From positions 110,858,001 to 110,922,000 of the forward strand of contig NC_086107.1 in assembly GCF_963921235.1 (NCBI RefSeq): a stretch of 64,000 nt of DNA. The letters are read 5' to 3'. Source of the stretch: Mobula hypostoma (taxonomy: Eukaryota). Below the pieces are notes generated by a model, which saw only the letters and a list, made by a program, of their open reading frames with translations, was not told the origin of the DNA and did no database searches. Position 1 is the first letter of the stretch. Each line of letters opens with the position of its first letter. Shown in pieces: positions 50,900 through 64,000 of the stretch. The position numbers and the translations under genes are program-made.

Positions 50900-51350
50900 T
50901 TTAGATTAGATTCAACTTTATTGTCATTGTGCTGATACAAAGCCAATGAAATGCAGTTAGCATCTGACCAGAAATACAAAGAATAGTGTTATTTACAAAA
51001 TAACTGCGAATAAAAAAAGTGCTACAGCACATAAATATAAAAGTACTGAGACAGTACAATATGGGTGCAATACTGCTTAGCGCTGTGATGAGAGGTTCAG
51101 CAGGGTCACAGCCTCAGGGAAGAAGCTCTTCCTGTGCCTGCTGGTGCGGGAGCGGAGGCTCCTGTAGCGCCTACCGGATGGGAGGAGAGTAAAAAGTCCA
51201 TGGTTAGGGTGAGATGCATCCCTGATAATGCTTTTCGCCCTGCCCAGGCAGCGTTTATGGCAGATGTTCTCAATGGTGGGCAATTGGGTGCTGATAATCC
51301 GCTGGGCAATTTTCACCGCACGATGGAGCGCTTTGTGGTCTGATACGGGA
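50900..51350 (-). mobile_element. Rex1/Babar-type LINE 3' end
   Basis: AQRIISTQLPTIENICHKRCLGRAKSIIRDASHPNHGLFTLLPSGRRYRSLRSRTSRHRKSFFPEAVTLLN. Confidence 0.85.
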
Positions 51351-51574
51351 CCTTGGTATAGCCTTGGTATATTTATTTATATTGACCATAAGTTACCAAA
51401 ATACTGATGAAAGTTTAAAGTTCCTTTCCCAACTTTCCCATCTGTAATGATTGCTTCAGCCATCCTCTGTGATGTAGGTATGTTTTTTAATGGTCATAAT
51501 TGGCAGCAATAATGTGCCCAATCATCTCCGTATGATGACTATAAGCTGTTGCTATATAACTTCCAACACTTGTT

Positions 51575-52420
51575 TAGAAGAATGAGGGGGATCTCAATTT
51601 GAATATTGAAAGGCCTCAATAGAGTGGATGTGGAGAGGATGTTTCCTATAGTGGGGGAGTCTAGGACCAGAGGACACAGCCTCAGAATACAAGAAAGCCC
51701 CTTTAGAACAGAGATGAGGTGGAATTTCTTCAGCCAGAGGCGGGTGAATATGTGGAATTCATTGCCACGGACAGCTGTGGAGGCCAAGTCATTGGGTAGA
51801 TTTAAAGCAGAGGTTAATAGGTTCTTGATTAGTCAGGGCATCTAGTATGCTGACATTGGAGATGGAGAAAGGAAATTCGCTAAAATGATTCTGGGATTGA
51901 GAGGCTTGTCATATGAAGAGAGTTTGATGACTCTGGGCCTCTACTCACTGGAATCTAGAAGAATGAGGGGTGACCTCATTAAAACCTATCGAATATTGAA
52001 AGGCCTTGATAGAGTGGATGAGGAGAGGATATTTCCTATGGTGGGAGGGTCACCAGACCAGAGGACACAGCCTCAGAAAAGAGGGGTGTCCTTTCAGAAC
52101 AGAAATGAGGGGGAATTTCTTTAGCCAGAGAGTGGTGAATCTGTGGAATTTGTTGCTACAGGCGGCTGCAGAGGCCAAGTCAAAGGGTATATTTAAGGCA
52201 GAGATTGATAGATTGGGGCTGAGAGGAAAAATAATCAGCCATGATGAAATTGCAGAGCAGACTTAATGGGCCAAATGGCCTAATTCTGCTTCTCTATCTT
52301 ATGGTCTTATGATTATGGGAAGAGTGGGGTTGAGAGGAATAATAAATCAACCATGATGGATTGGTGGAGCAGACTCGATGGGCTGAATGGCCTAATTCTG
52401 CTCCCATGTCAAGGTCTTAT
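51575..52420 (+). mobile_element. Tandem CR1 3' fragments
   Basis: ORFs 51606, 51885 and 52006: RMFPIVGESRTRGHSLRI...FFSQR. Confidence 0.9.
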
Positions 52421-53462
52421 GGCATTTACTAGAATCTCTCCAGTGAGGAATGATTTCATGATGTTGGACTTGAAAAGCTGGTATTGAGAGATACAGGAAC
52501 ATACTTATAGGATAAGCAGAGGAGAGAGATGGAACAGCAGATGCTGGACACAATCTATTGGAGGAACTCGGTGGGCCAAACAGTGTCAGTGGTGGGAAAG
52601 GAATACTCAACATTTTGGGTCAAAACCCTGTATCAGGACTGAGAATGGAGGGGGGAAATTCTCCAGTCTTGGCAATCCATTTGCTAACGTCTCATCACCA
52701 TATGAGGAGACATCATCAGTGCACTGTTCACTTGTGGTGTGTCCTCCTAATGCTTGGCCTTTATATACTTGGCAATCAGCTGGATGGTTGTCATTAAGGA
52801 AACTCAGTTGTGACATAGGGAGAGGGTCTCATTTGTTGGTTGGTTGTGTGGCAGATTTTATGCGTTGTGGTCTGGAATTTTGCCTGCATGGGCTTATAAA
52901 TAGAATCAAGGTCAACAACGCAACTCAGAGAACAAGTCAACCAAACCATCAACCACCCAAGCCACACACTTTCCCAGTAATTTCCATGGCCAGGAGAACG
53001 AGGAGAGGGTTGAGACAGGAGCTCAAGGTGACTGGAGGGCTAGACAATGATGCGCAGGGGACACACTGGTAAGGGGACAGATGGAATTGGGACGCAAGTG
53101 TGTGATGGGTGGAGGCAGAGGACAAAAAGGGAGATGGACTTCGAGGATGGTGGAAGGCAGGAGAGAGGAGAGTGAAGGTGGAGACAGAGGGCGATAAGCA
53201 GGAACACAAAACAGAGAGAAGCCGCTTTCAATCGCGGATGCTTCACGATCTGAAACTGATAAGGTTATTTATTAATCATATGCGCATTGGAACATACCAA
53301 TTAACATTGCACTGCATTAACAACCAATGTAGTCTGAGGTCGTGCCGGGTGACACAGCCCACATGTGTCGCTACACGCTCCAGTGCCAAGGTAGCATGCC
53401 CACGATGTGCAGAACGACAACAGCAAAATGAACCCGCTCCCATCCAGCCACCCCCCATCCTC

Positions 53463-54375
<913 letters not shown>

Positions 54376-55307
54376 GTCCTATCAAATATCCCATGACGAG
54401 GGCTACAAACACACAAGATCCTGCAGACGCGGGAAATCTTAAGCAACATGCATAAAATGCTAGGGGAACTCAGAAAGTCAAACAGTATCTATGGAATGGC
54501 CTGATAAAGGGTATTGGCCCAAAATGTCTACTGTTTACTCCTCTCCATGGACGCCGCCTGGCCTGCTGAGTTCCTCCAGCACTTTGTGGGTGCCGCCTGT
54601 TTCAGCTTAATGGCTTTAATCGGAACTGACTGGACCTTAATAAATATAGAAACCATTGTAAGTTTGGTTGAAGTACGTGAGCCACACACACAGAGTGCAG
54701 GAGGAACTCAGCAGGTCAGGCAGAGTCAGTGCAGAGGAACAAACAATGGATGCGTCAGGCTGAGCCTCCAAGTGGGCCACAACCTTGTCGTGGTTCAATG
54801 ACCCAGAGAGCTCTGTTGGTTTTGCTCTTGGTAGGGTCACACATGCCAAACAGGTCAGAGGGCAGAGGGCAGAGGCCAGACTAAGAGTGGTTCATCTGTC
54901 CTCCAGGTTTGGGGTTCAGCTCAGGGCTAACAACCCTGACTGGTAAAACAAAACTGTTATGGAAACAGCAATGAGGAATCCCCCTATGCCTGTGTGTGAC
55001 GGTGTGGCCAGTCAGAGATGGAGGGTCTGCTTTGCTGCCCTAAATGGCAGAGGTGTAATGGGCAGTAAGTACATTTTCAGACTGAGCTAGGAGAAATTCG
55101 AATAGGAAATGAGGAAATTGCAATGAAGAATCCTTCTACATCTGAGTGTGATGGTATTCCTGAGTCTCCACCCAGGACTTGCATGACTGACAGTAGTGAA
55201 AACCAAGAGGAAGTCACTGACATGATGAAGAAAGCTCTGAACACCGCCAGAGATGGAGGACCTTCATTGCTGCCCTAAACGCCAGCAGCGTGATGGACCG
55301 TACGTAA

Positions 55308-55445
55308 GTTTCAGGTCGAGACCCTTCATCAGGTCTCGACCTGAAACATTGACTGTTGCTCACCATCGATCCTCCCTGACCTGCTGAGTTCCTCCAGCAT
55401 TTTGTGTGTGTTCCTCATGACTTCCAGCATCTGACAAACCTCTTG
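55308..55445. mobile_element. PLE end with fold-back fusion inside the hammerhead core
   Basis: Perfect 16-bp inverted repeat gtttcaggtcgagacc (55308-55323) / ggtctcgacctgaaac (55332-55347), followed by the standard PLE terminal sequence. Confidence 0.7.
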
Positions 55446-57249
55446 TTGAGGCCCTCCGTTGATTGGGATCGATCAGAGATATTGGGTCCTAGCTGTTTAT
55501 GTGACGCACAGGCCAGGACAGTATGGAGAGTGAGTTGTTGCCCATCTAGCAGGCTCCCCCTCTCCACGCAGCTGATGAATCCAAAGGAGCGGCAGAGACC
55601 GATAGAGTTTGGCACCAGCGGTGCCATAGGAGTTGCCAGTCAGTGTTGAACTCAACATAGGACTACCTTACGGACTCCAGCTCATGAGTGGTTATAGCCG
55701 CGAGGCAGCGGAGGTTTGAGATCAGAGCTCTTCCTTCTCCTAGATGAGCTGACCATCTGCCTGAAGTGACTAGTTTTCAGGGCCAGTAACCTACCTCTGC
55801 CCCTTCTCCTGTCAGTAGAAACAGTTCTGTTGGGCTTAGTAACTAAGCCACACGTGAAGGCCAGGAGCTGGACTTGGTTGTCAGAGGCTATTTGAGACAC
55901 ACGCCACTGGGACCATTTTATAGATAGTGGGAGTTTATCCTCACCAACACGCCCAGCAATAACAACCTCCAGGAACTAGAATCTCTTGTATCTATAAAAT
56001 AAATGAGGGTTGGAGCTTTGACATCATATTTTGGGTAAGTACTCCAGGGAAAATGAGAGAAAGTTATCTTGTTACTCAGACTGTAGGGACAGTGGAAACA
56101 CAATCTATCTTTGTCTTCAAATGAGAAATAGATTGGTATGTGAGAAAGAATAACTTGCAGGGCTGGCTTGGCGTTAAAGTGGAAGAATTAGACCGATGGG
56201 ATTGCTTCGATCGGAGCCAGCACATTCACGATGGACCGAATAGCCTCTTTCTGGCACTCCTGAAAGAGATGTGTCAGTATATTAAACTACTGTAATAAAG
56301 AGGTTTCAATAGGTATATTTAATGTTAGAGAAATGTATACAAAATATACATCCTGAAATTCTTTTTCTTCACAATCATCCGCGAAAACAGAGGAATGCCC
56401 CAAAGAATGAATGGCAGTTAAACATCCCAACCCCAAAGCCCCCTCCCCAACGCCCCCTTCCCAAGCATAAGCAGCAGCAAAGCAACGACCCCCCCCCAAT
56501 CAGGACCCCGCACCGAGCACTCAAGCGTGCAGCGAAGCATCAATTAAGACACAGACTTGCAGTACCCCAAAGCCTACTCGTTCACCCGGTGTTCGACATA
56601 GAGGGATACTGTAGTTGCAGAGAATCTGAAAGCAGAGGCAACAGCTCTTATGAAAAGTCTTCAAACTGAAGCATTTGCTTATCCATGTTTACCACCTTTC
56701 CACCTTCTCCTGTACTTAATGGCAGGAGTACCTTTTAATATTATGGTAACGTGCAGGCCACAGTCTCATATGTTTTTTACCGTTGAGAGCAGATTTGGCA
56801 CCATTCACTCTAAAGTTTGGTCAGTGTAACTAGTATGGCACAGTGGCATAGCAGATGGTGCATCGCTTCACAGCACTGGCGATCACCGGTCTGGGTTCAA
56901 TTCCTGCTGTTGCATGTAAGAATCTTCTACATCCTCCCTGTGACCTCTTGGGTTTCCTCTGGGTGCTCCAGTTTCCTCCCATGTTCCAAAGACGTACGGG
57001 TTATGGTTAGTGAGTTGTGGATTTACTACGTTGGCACCGGAAGTGTGGCGATGCTTGCAGACTGCCCTCAGCACGATCCTTACTGATTTGATCTGTTGCA
57101 AGCAACAGGTTTCAATTATGCTTCAATGTTACAATAAAGCTATTCTTTAATCTCTTGTTTGAAGATGCAGCATTCTCACGAACTGTGGTGTGGACTGTGA
57201 TGTTCCTGTTGGCTTGCATTCATTTACCAATATTAGGGTGGTACAGTCT

Positions 57250-57430
57250 GTGCCGATGGTGCAGTGGTATCCGCACCGGACTTCGGAACAAGAGGTCCTG
57301 CGTTCGAATCTGGCTTGCTCCTTGCATGCTTTCCATCTGTGCTGGGTTGAGCATCAAACCAGAAACTCGGCCTCGTAATAATCAGACAAATGCTAAAGGA
57401 ACGGCAAGGTTGTCGCCCGAAGTGAGACGA
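57250..57430 (+). mobile_element. Additional tRNA-derived SINE-like element
   Basis: tggtgcagtggt A-box and gttcgaatc B-box followed by a non-tRNA body. Confidence 0.55.
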
Positions 57431-58696
57431 AGATCAACAAACTGTCATGATGTAGCTTAAAGCCTCATTAGCTATTTTATGCTGTATACCATCAACCTCA
57501 CTCTTTACTGATACAAATAAGATACAATGGTTCAATGGTCCCACTTAATATCAGAGAATGTATACAGAATACAACCTGAAATTCTTACTCTTCACAGACA
57601 TCCATAAAACAGAAACACCCCAATTGTTGCCATTATACTTAGAAATCCATTATTGAATTAGCAAGATATTCCCCTTAATCTTGGTATATTTTAAATCATT
57701 GATTTATTGGTGTGACACAGCCTGAAACCTTAGCTGGTTTATTTATTGTGTCACCTACTGTTGGCACGTGGCCAAGTGGTTAATACTTAATACTTTACAC
57801 TTTATTGTCGCCAAACAACTGATATTAGAATGTACAATCATCACAGCGATATTTGATTCTGCACTTCCGGCTCCCTGGAGTACAAATGGATAGTAAATAT
57901 TAAAAATTTAAATTATAAGTCATAAATAGAAAATAGAAAATGGAAAGTAAGGTAGTGCAAAAAAAAACCGAGAGGCAGGGCTGGATATTTGGAGGGTACG
58001 GCCCAGATCCGGGTCAGGATCCGTTCAGCAGTCTTATCACAGTTGGAAAGAAGCTGTTCCCAAGTCTGGCGTTCGTCTAGTGATTTGAAGGTCGCTAGTT
58101 CGAGCCTTGGCTGAGGCAGCACGTGTGTCCTTGAGCAAGGCACTTAACCACACATTGCTCTGCAATGACACCGGTGCCAAGCTGTATGGGTCCTAATGCC
58201 CTTCCCTTGGACAACATCGATGGCATGGAGAGGGGAGACTTGCAGCATGGGCAACTGCTGGTCTTCCATGCAACCTTGCCCAGGCCTGTGCCCTGGACAC
58301 TTTCCAAGGCGCAAATCCATGAGACTAACGGACGCCTATAAATATTGCTGTGACATGTCATCACGGCCCAATGTACTGCAGGATGAGGGTTGGCAATGGA
58401 TTACTTAAAGGCAAATTTATCTGTTTATTGATACAGCATGGAGTAGACTCTTTGAGGCGCACCACCCCAGCAACCCCTCAATCCTGGTCAACCTAACCTA
58501 ATCTGGGGACAATTTACCTACTTGGTACATCTTTGGACTGTGGGAGGAAAACTGGAACACCCGGGGAAAACATACAGCGACGACGTACAGAATGGCGCTG
58601 GAATTGAACTCCAAACTCCGGAATGCCTCGAACCGTAATGGCATCGCGCTAACCGTTATTGTCATATGTACGAGTACATATAGACACAGGTGCACT

Positions 58697-58970
58697 GGGG
58701 CGGCACGGTAGTGTGGTGGTTAGCACATCGCATAACAGTTACCAGCGACCCGGGTTCAATTCCCACTGGTGCCTGTAAGCAGTTTGTACGTTTTCCCCGT
58801 GGCCGCGTGGTTTTCCTCTAGATGCTCTGCAATCCAAAGACATACTGGTTGGTAGGTTAATTAGTCATTGTAAATTGTCCTGGGATTAGGCTAGGGTTAA
58901 ATTGGGCATGGCTGGATATCGGAGGCCCAGAGGACCTATTCCATGTTGTATCCCAATAAGTAAATAAAAT
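58697..58970 (+). mobile_element. HE1-like V-SINE. Other copies at about 5340-5560, 20335-20580, 26155-26495, 38742-38990, 41600-41875, 42325-42575, 49465-49760, 50545-50815, 56835-57140, 58420-58655, 61548-61820 and 63020-63290
   Basis: gggcggcacggtagtgtggtggttagc...gggttcaattccc...tttgtacgtt.tccccgtg.ccgcgtgg...ggttaattagtcattgtaaattgtcc; A-rich tail. Confidence 0.85.
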
Positions 58971-60336
58971 TAATTTACCATGAAAGTTCAGCTAATTGGG
59001 GCAACTGCATAACTGGGTCGAAATGTACTGGTTCCGATGTGTCCCAATTAACTGGAATCTACTATATTTGTAAACTAATAAATATAAAACACATCTATCA
59101 AATCAGGTCTCATCCTCCCTCGCTCCAAAGAGAAAAGTCTTTGCTCATTCAACCAATCCACATAAGACATGTTCTCTAATCCAGGTAGCATCCTGGTAAA
59201 TTTCAGCAGGCCGGGCAGCATCTATGGAGAGGAATAAATAGGTGCTTCATCAAGACCTATTTACTCATTTCCATAGATGCTGCCTGACCTGCCAAGTTCC
59301 TCCAGCATTTTGTGTGTGTTGCTCTGGATTTCCAGCATCTGCAAAATCTCTTGTGTTTAAGCTGGTAAATCTCTGCTGCACCCTCTCTGAAGTTTTCACA
59401 TCCTTCCTATAATGAGGTGCCCACTGAGAGTGTCTTGACTAGCCACATCACCACGTCTGGTACAGGAATTGCAAGACATCTGACCGCAAGAACCCACAAA
59501 ATACTGTGAGAACCGCTGAGAGGAACATCTGGGCATCTCTTCCATTCTTCTGCGATATTTATCAGGAGCGCCGCATATGTAGGACCCTTAGCATTATCAA
59601 GGATCTGACCCATCTGTCCAACAATCTCTTTGACCCCCTACCATCAGGCAAGAGGTACAGTAGCATTCAGAACAAGGACTGTTAGGATGGAAAACTGCTT
59701 CTTCCCCCAGGCCATGAGATGACTGAACTCCCTGCCACCACCCAGCCCTCATAATGTGTGAAGGGCCAGTGCCATTATAGTGATTACTTTTTAACTTGCA
59801 TCGTAAATATACCTTATACTAAATATCAATCTTATTATTTGTTAATTTATTTGTGGTAATATTACTTTATGTGTTGTGTGTATGAGTCACATGTACTATG
59901 CTGTGTACCTTGGTCTGGAGGAGCATTCATTCGTAAGGCCAGTGATGTTGTGGGGATGGAACTGGACTCTCTGACGGTGGTGTCTGAAAAGAGGATGCTG
60001 TCTAAGTTGCATGCCATCTTGGACAATGTCTCCCATCCACTACATAATGTACTGGTTGGGCACAGGAGTACATTCAGCCAGAGACTCATTCCACCGAGAT
60101 GCAACACAGAGCGTCATAGGAAGTCATTCCTGCCTGTGGCCATCAAACTTTACAACTCCTCTCTTGGAGGGTCAGACACCCTGAGCTAATAGGCTGGTCC
60201 TGGACTTATTTCCTGGCATAATTTACATATTACTATTTAACTATTTATGGTTTTATTACTATTTATTATTTATGGTGCAACTGTAATGAAAACCAATTTC
60301 CCCCGAGATCAATAAAGTATGACTATGACTATGACT

Positions 60337-60545
60337 AGGAGGGGAATGTTGACTCAGACCATGAGAGGCCTGCGTCGGGCATTTTCCTGCCTTACAAGGC
60401 GCAGATTGGAAGTTTGTGTGGGGCGCCACTCCTTGCATAGACATTAGAGCAATGTGTGATTAAGTGCCTTGCTCAAGGACACAAACACTCGAACTAGCGA
60501 CCTTCTGATCACTAGAAGAACACCTTAACCACTTGGCCACATGCC
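60337..60545 (-). mobile_element. tRNA-derived CORE-like SINE, type C tail
   Basis: Reverse complement has the same head and CORE as types A and B, then cttccaatctgcgccttgtaaggca..aaatgcccgacgcaggcctctcatggtctgag, as at 39090-39308. Confidence 0.8.
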
Positions 60546-61149
60546 CAACACAAGGTATAGGGTGATCTTGAACTGAACACATGACACTAAGTGTTACCAT
60601 GCTGGGTGGCTGCCCCCAGTTTATCAGTGTCTTTGTTATACTGTCTCCTCCCAAGCCTTGACAAGCTGCCTCGAGCCCCTGAGTGGCTTCCAGTCCCTGC
60701 TGTATTGACACTGCTTCTTGGCCCGAACAGTGCAGCTGCTTGGGCTTGGCTCTAGCCAGTCGCGGAGCCGTGCGCACATAGACACATGAAGCCAGTCAGC
60801 AGCAGCGTCAGAGCTGCCGGACTGCTGGCAACTGATAATGAGGCCGAAGCCTGAATTTCATTCTGACCAGTCGCACGGTTTTGTTGCTATTTGGTGCTCA
60901 GTTACAGTACGCCCTGTGTCCAATCTCTTCATCAGATGGGCGCCCCAGCTGCGTAGCGGTTAGGTCATTCGTACTATCGAGTCTGCTCTCCCGTTTGGTC
61001 ATGGCTGATTTATTTTCCCTCTCAGTCTCATTCTCCAGCCTTCTCCCTGTAACCTTTTGATGCCCTTCCTAATTTAAATGTACTAATTAAGCATACTTTG
61101 AATCTTTGAATTAAGAACCTATCAATTTCTGCTTTAAGTATAAAGGTGA

Positions 61150-61500
61150 GACAATCTGCGAATGCTGGGAATCAAAGCAACACACACAAAACGCTGGAGG
61201 AACTCAGCAGGCCAGGCAGCATCCATGGAAAAGAGCACAGTCGATGTTTTGGGCTGAGATCCTTCTTCAGGCCTCCAAATTCAGTTAATGTTGGGGAGGG
61301 GAGACTTGATGGCCTCAATCTCCTTAGGAGGTGGAGGCGCTGCTGTGCTTTCTTGTTCAGGGAGGTGATATTGGAGAATCAGGCGAGGTCATCCACGTTT
61401 GTGAACTCCTGATGAAGGGTCTCGGCCCGAAACAGCGACTGCTCTGTCCCATTGATGCTGCCTGAACTGCTGAGCTCCTCCAGCATCTTGTGTGTGTTGT
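61150..61500. mobile_element. Palindromic PLE-end element with about 135 bp of LINE-like filler between two opposed hammerhead motifs
   Basis: Minus motif at about 61238-61271; plus motif CTGATGA-a-gggt-ctcg-gccc-GAAA-cagc-gactg at 61409-61441; inverted arms acacacaaaacgctggaggaactcagcag / ctgctgagctcctccagcatcttgtgtgt. Confidence 0.7.
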
Positions 61501-61950
61501 CTGCTTTAAACACACCCAGTGGCGTTGTCTCCACAGCACCTGCGGCAATGGGCACCATGGCAGTGCAGCGCTGTTACTGGTCGGGGTGTTGGAGTTCGGA
61601 GTTCAGCTCTGACATCGCCTGCGAGGAGTCTGTACGCGGAATGCGTGGATTTCCTCCGGACGCTGCGGTTTCCTCCCACAGTCCAAAGACATGCCGGTTA
61701 GTAGGTTAATTGGAAGTTGTAAATTGTCCCGTGATCAGGCTGGGGTGAAGTCGGGGATTGCTGCAGGGGCACGGCTCGATGGGCCTATTCCGCACTGTAT
61801 CTCAATAAATAAGTAAATAACTAACATGTTGTTTACAAGCCTGGGCTTTTATCTATTCATGTATCGCTATAATCTGTTTTCCAAGTTGACCAATTTAATT
61901 CAGATGATAAAGCATTGTCATGATTAAAGTAACACCTATTTTAATGATAG

Positions 61951-62241
61951 TGTGGTGCGTGGCCAAGTGGTTAGGGCGTTGGGCTCACGATCTGAAGGTC
62001 ATGGGTTCGAGTCTCGGCCAAGGCAGCGTGTTGTGTCTTTGAGCAAGGCACTTAACCACACAGTGCTACAGTCCACCCAGCTGAAAAGGGGTACTGGCAA
62101 ATGCTGGGGGTTAACCTCGCGATAGACTGGCGTCCTATCCGGGGGGGGGAGGAGTCTCGTACTCTCAGTCGCTTCACGCCACAGAAACCGGCATAAGCAC
62201 CGGCCTGATGGGCCACTAAGGCTCGGGACAGACATTAACTT
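61951..62241 (+). mobile_element. tRNA-derived SINE, type A tail
   Basis: Homologous to 9651-9925; A tail and approximate TSD attttaat(g/a)ata. Confidence 0.85.
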
Positions 62242-63519
62242 AAAAAAAATTTTAATAATATGTTCCTGTGGAAGAGCGTGCAGTATGTTTATTGAAGCTG
62301 CTGTTTTGTCCTCCCGATTGAATTATTGATACATCTCACGGCCTCAGTATGTTTACTGATCTTAGTGATGAGAAAACGGGGTTCAAAGCAACACACACAA
62401 AATGCTGGAGACCTCAGCAGGTCAGGCAGCATCTGTGGAAATGAATAGATAGTTGATGTTTTGGGCCGAGACACTTCTTCAGAACTGAGAAGGAAGGGGG
62501 AAGATGCCAGAATGAAAAGATGGGGTGGAGGGGAAGGAGGCTATACTTTACACTTTATTGTCGCCAAACAGTTAGTACTAGAACGTACATTCATCACAGC
62601 GATATTTGAATCTGCGCTTCACACTCCCTGGATTACAAATATTAAATATTAAAAATATTTAAAATAGTTAAAATTAGTAAATATTAAAAATTTAAATTAT
62701 AAATCATAAATAGAAAATAGAAAAATGGGAAGTAAGGTAGTGCAAAAAAACTGAGAGGCAGGTCCGGATATTTGGAGGGTACGGCCCAGATCCAGGTCAG
62801 GATCCGTTCAGCAGTCTTATCACAGTTGGGAAGAAGCTGGTCCCAAATCTGGCGATCTGGAAGGTGATAGGTGAACTGAAGTAGGTGGGAAAGGTCAAGG
62901 GCAGGAGAGGATCTGATAGGAGAGGAGAGTGGACTATGGGAGAAAGGGAAGGAGGAGGGGACCCAGGGGGAAGTGACAGGCAGATGAGAAGGAGTAAAAG
63001 GTCAGAATGGGGAATAAAGGGAGTTCAATTCCCGCCGCTGACTATAAGGAGTTTGGACGAACTCCCTGTGACCATGTGAATTTCCTTCCGGAGCACCAGT
63101 TTCCTCCCATATTCCAAAGATGTACAGGTTAGTATTTGTAAGTTGTCGTGAAGCTATTTTGGTACCGGCAGCATGACCACACTTGTAGGCTGCCGCCCAG
63201 CACATCCTCGGACTGTATTGGCTACTGACACAAAACAATGCATTTCACTGTGTGTTTCGATGTACGTGTGACAAATATAGCTCATCTTTATTCCTCAACG
63301 TATGGGATAACCACAAAGAGGAGAAAGGAACTTAGCTCAGGAAATCAAAAAGTGGAAACCTAAGCTGTCTAAAGTCCCCATACTGTAATAGTAATGTAAT
63401 GCATTGTATAGATGAATTACTGCGAGTTTACCTATATGTGGACGGAGTAAAACAAAGGAGCAATAATATTATGGAAGGGGAATTCATGGAGTGCATCCAA
63501 TAGATTTTTAGAACAACTT

Positions 63520-64000
63520 TATTAGTTACACCTGTTCTTTAATGCAAATATCTAATCAGCCAATCATGTGGCAGCAACTTAGTGCATAAAAGCATTCAGA
63601 CATGGTCAAGAGGTTCAGTTACTGTTCAGACCAAACATCAGAATAGGGAAGAAATGTGATTTCAGTGACCTTGACTGCGGAATGATTGTTGGTGTCAGAT
63701 GGGGTGGTTTGAGTATCTCAGAAAATGCTGACCTCCTGGTATTTTCACACACAATAGTCTCCAGAGTTTACAGAGAATGGTGTGAGAAACAAAAATTATC
63801 CAGTGAGTGGCAGCTCTGTGGGCGAAAATGCCTTGTTAATGAGAGAAGTCAGAGGAAAATGGCCAGACTGGTTCAAGCTGACAGGAAGGCTACAGTAACT
63901 CAAATAACCATTCGTTACAAGAGTGGTATGCGGAAGAGCATCTCTGCACGCACATCATGTTGACCCTTGAAGTGATTGGGGTACAGCAGCAGAAGACCTT
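63520..64000 (+). mobile_element. Tc1-like transposon 5' part (transposase N-terminal HTH region), running off the window
   Basis: MIVGVRWGGLSISENADLLVFSHTIVSRVYREWCEKQKLSSEWQLCGRKCLVNERSQRKMARLVQADRKATVTQIT. Confidence 0.88.

Overview
This is vertebrate nuclear DNA. The repeat landscape (HE1-like V-SINEs, CR1, Rex1/Babar and Neptune Penelope-like elements) points to a cartilaginous fish, probably a ray; this is inference. The only host coding sequence I can support is one 599-bp internal exon of GRIN2B (NMDA receptor GluN2B amino-terminal domain) at 8480-9078 (+), with canonical splice sites. Everything else appears to be GRIN2B intron; I did not find the next exon, so the downstream intron is probably over 54 kb. 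The intron is packed with transposable elements: CR1, Rex1/Babar, RTE, Tx1, R4/Dong, two Penelope-like (PLE) families, Tc1, hAT, Chapaev3 and several SINEs. The most notable signals are: (1) many minimal type I hammerhead ribozyme motifs carried by PLE ends, including an intact sense-strand copy inside a young TSD-flanked inverted PLE that could form a ~640-bp hairpin in the pre-mRNA; (2) a second PLE family with its own CCAAT/TATA/hammerhead cassette; (3) short palindromic elements made only of two hammerhead-bearing PLE ends; (4) a Chapaev3 transposon at the exact junction of a ~215-bp duplication, with further Chapaev pieces nearby; (5) an AT-rich but CpG-undepleted ~2-kb intronic island; (6) one SINE head joined to three different tails; (7) a ~910-bp (CA)n tract. 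Repeat boundaries were read by eye and are approximate unless a TSD or TIR is quoted. Family names come from remembered motifs, not database searches.
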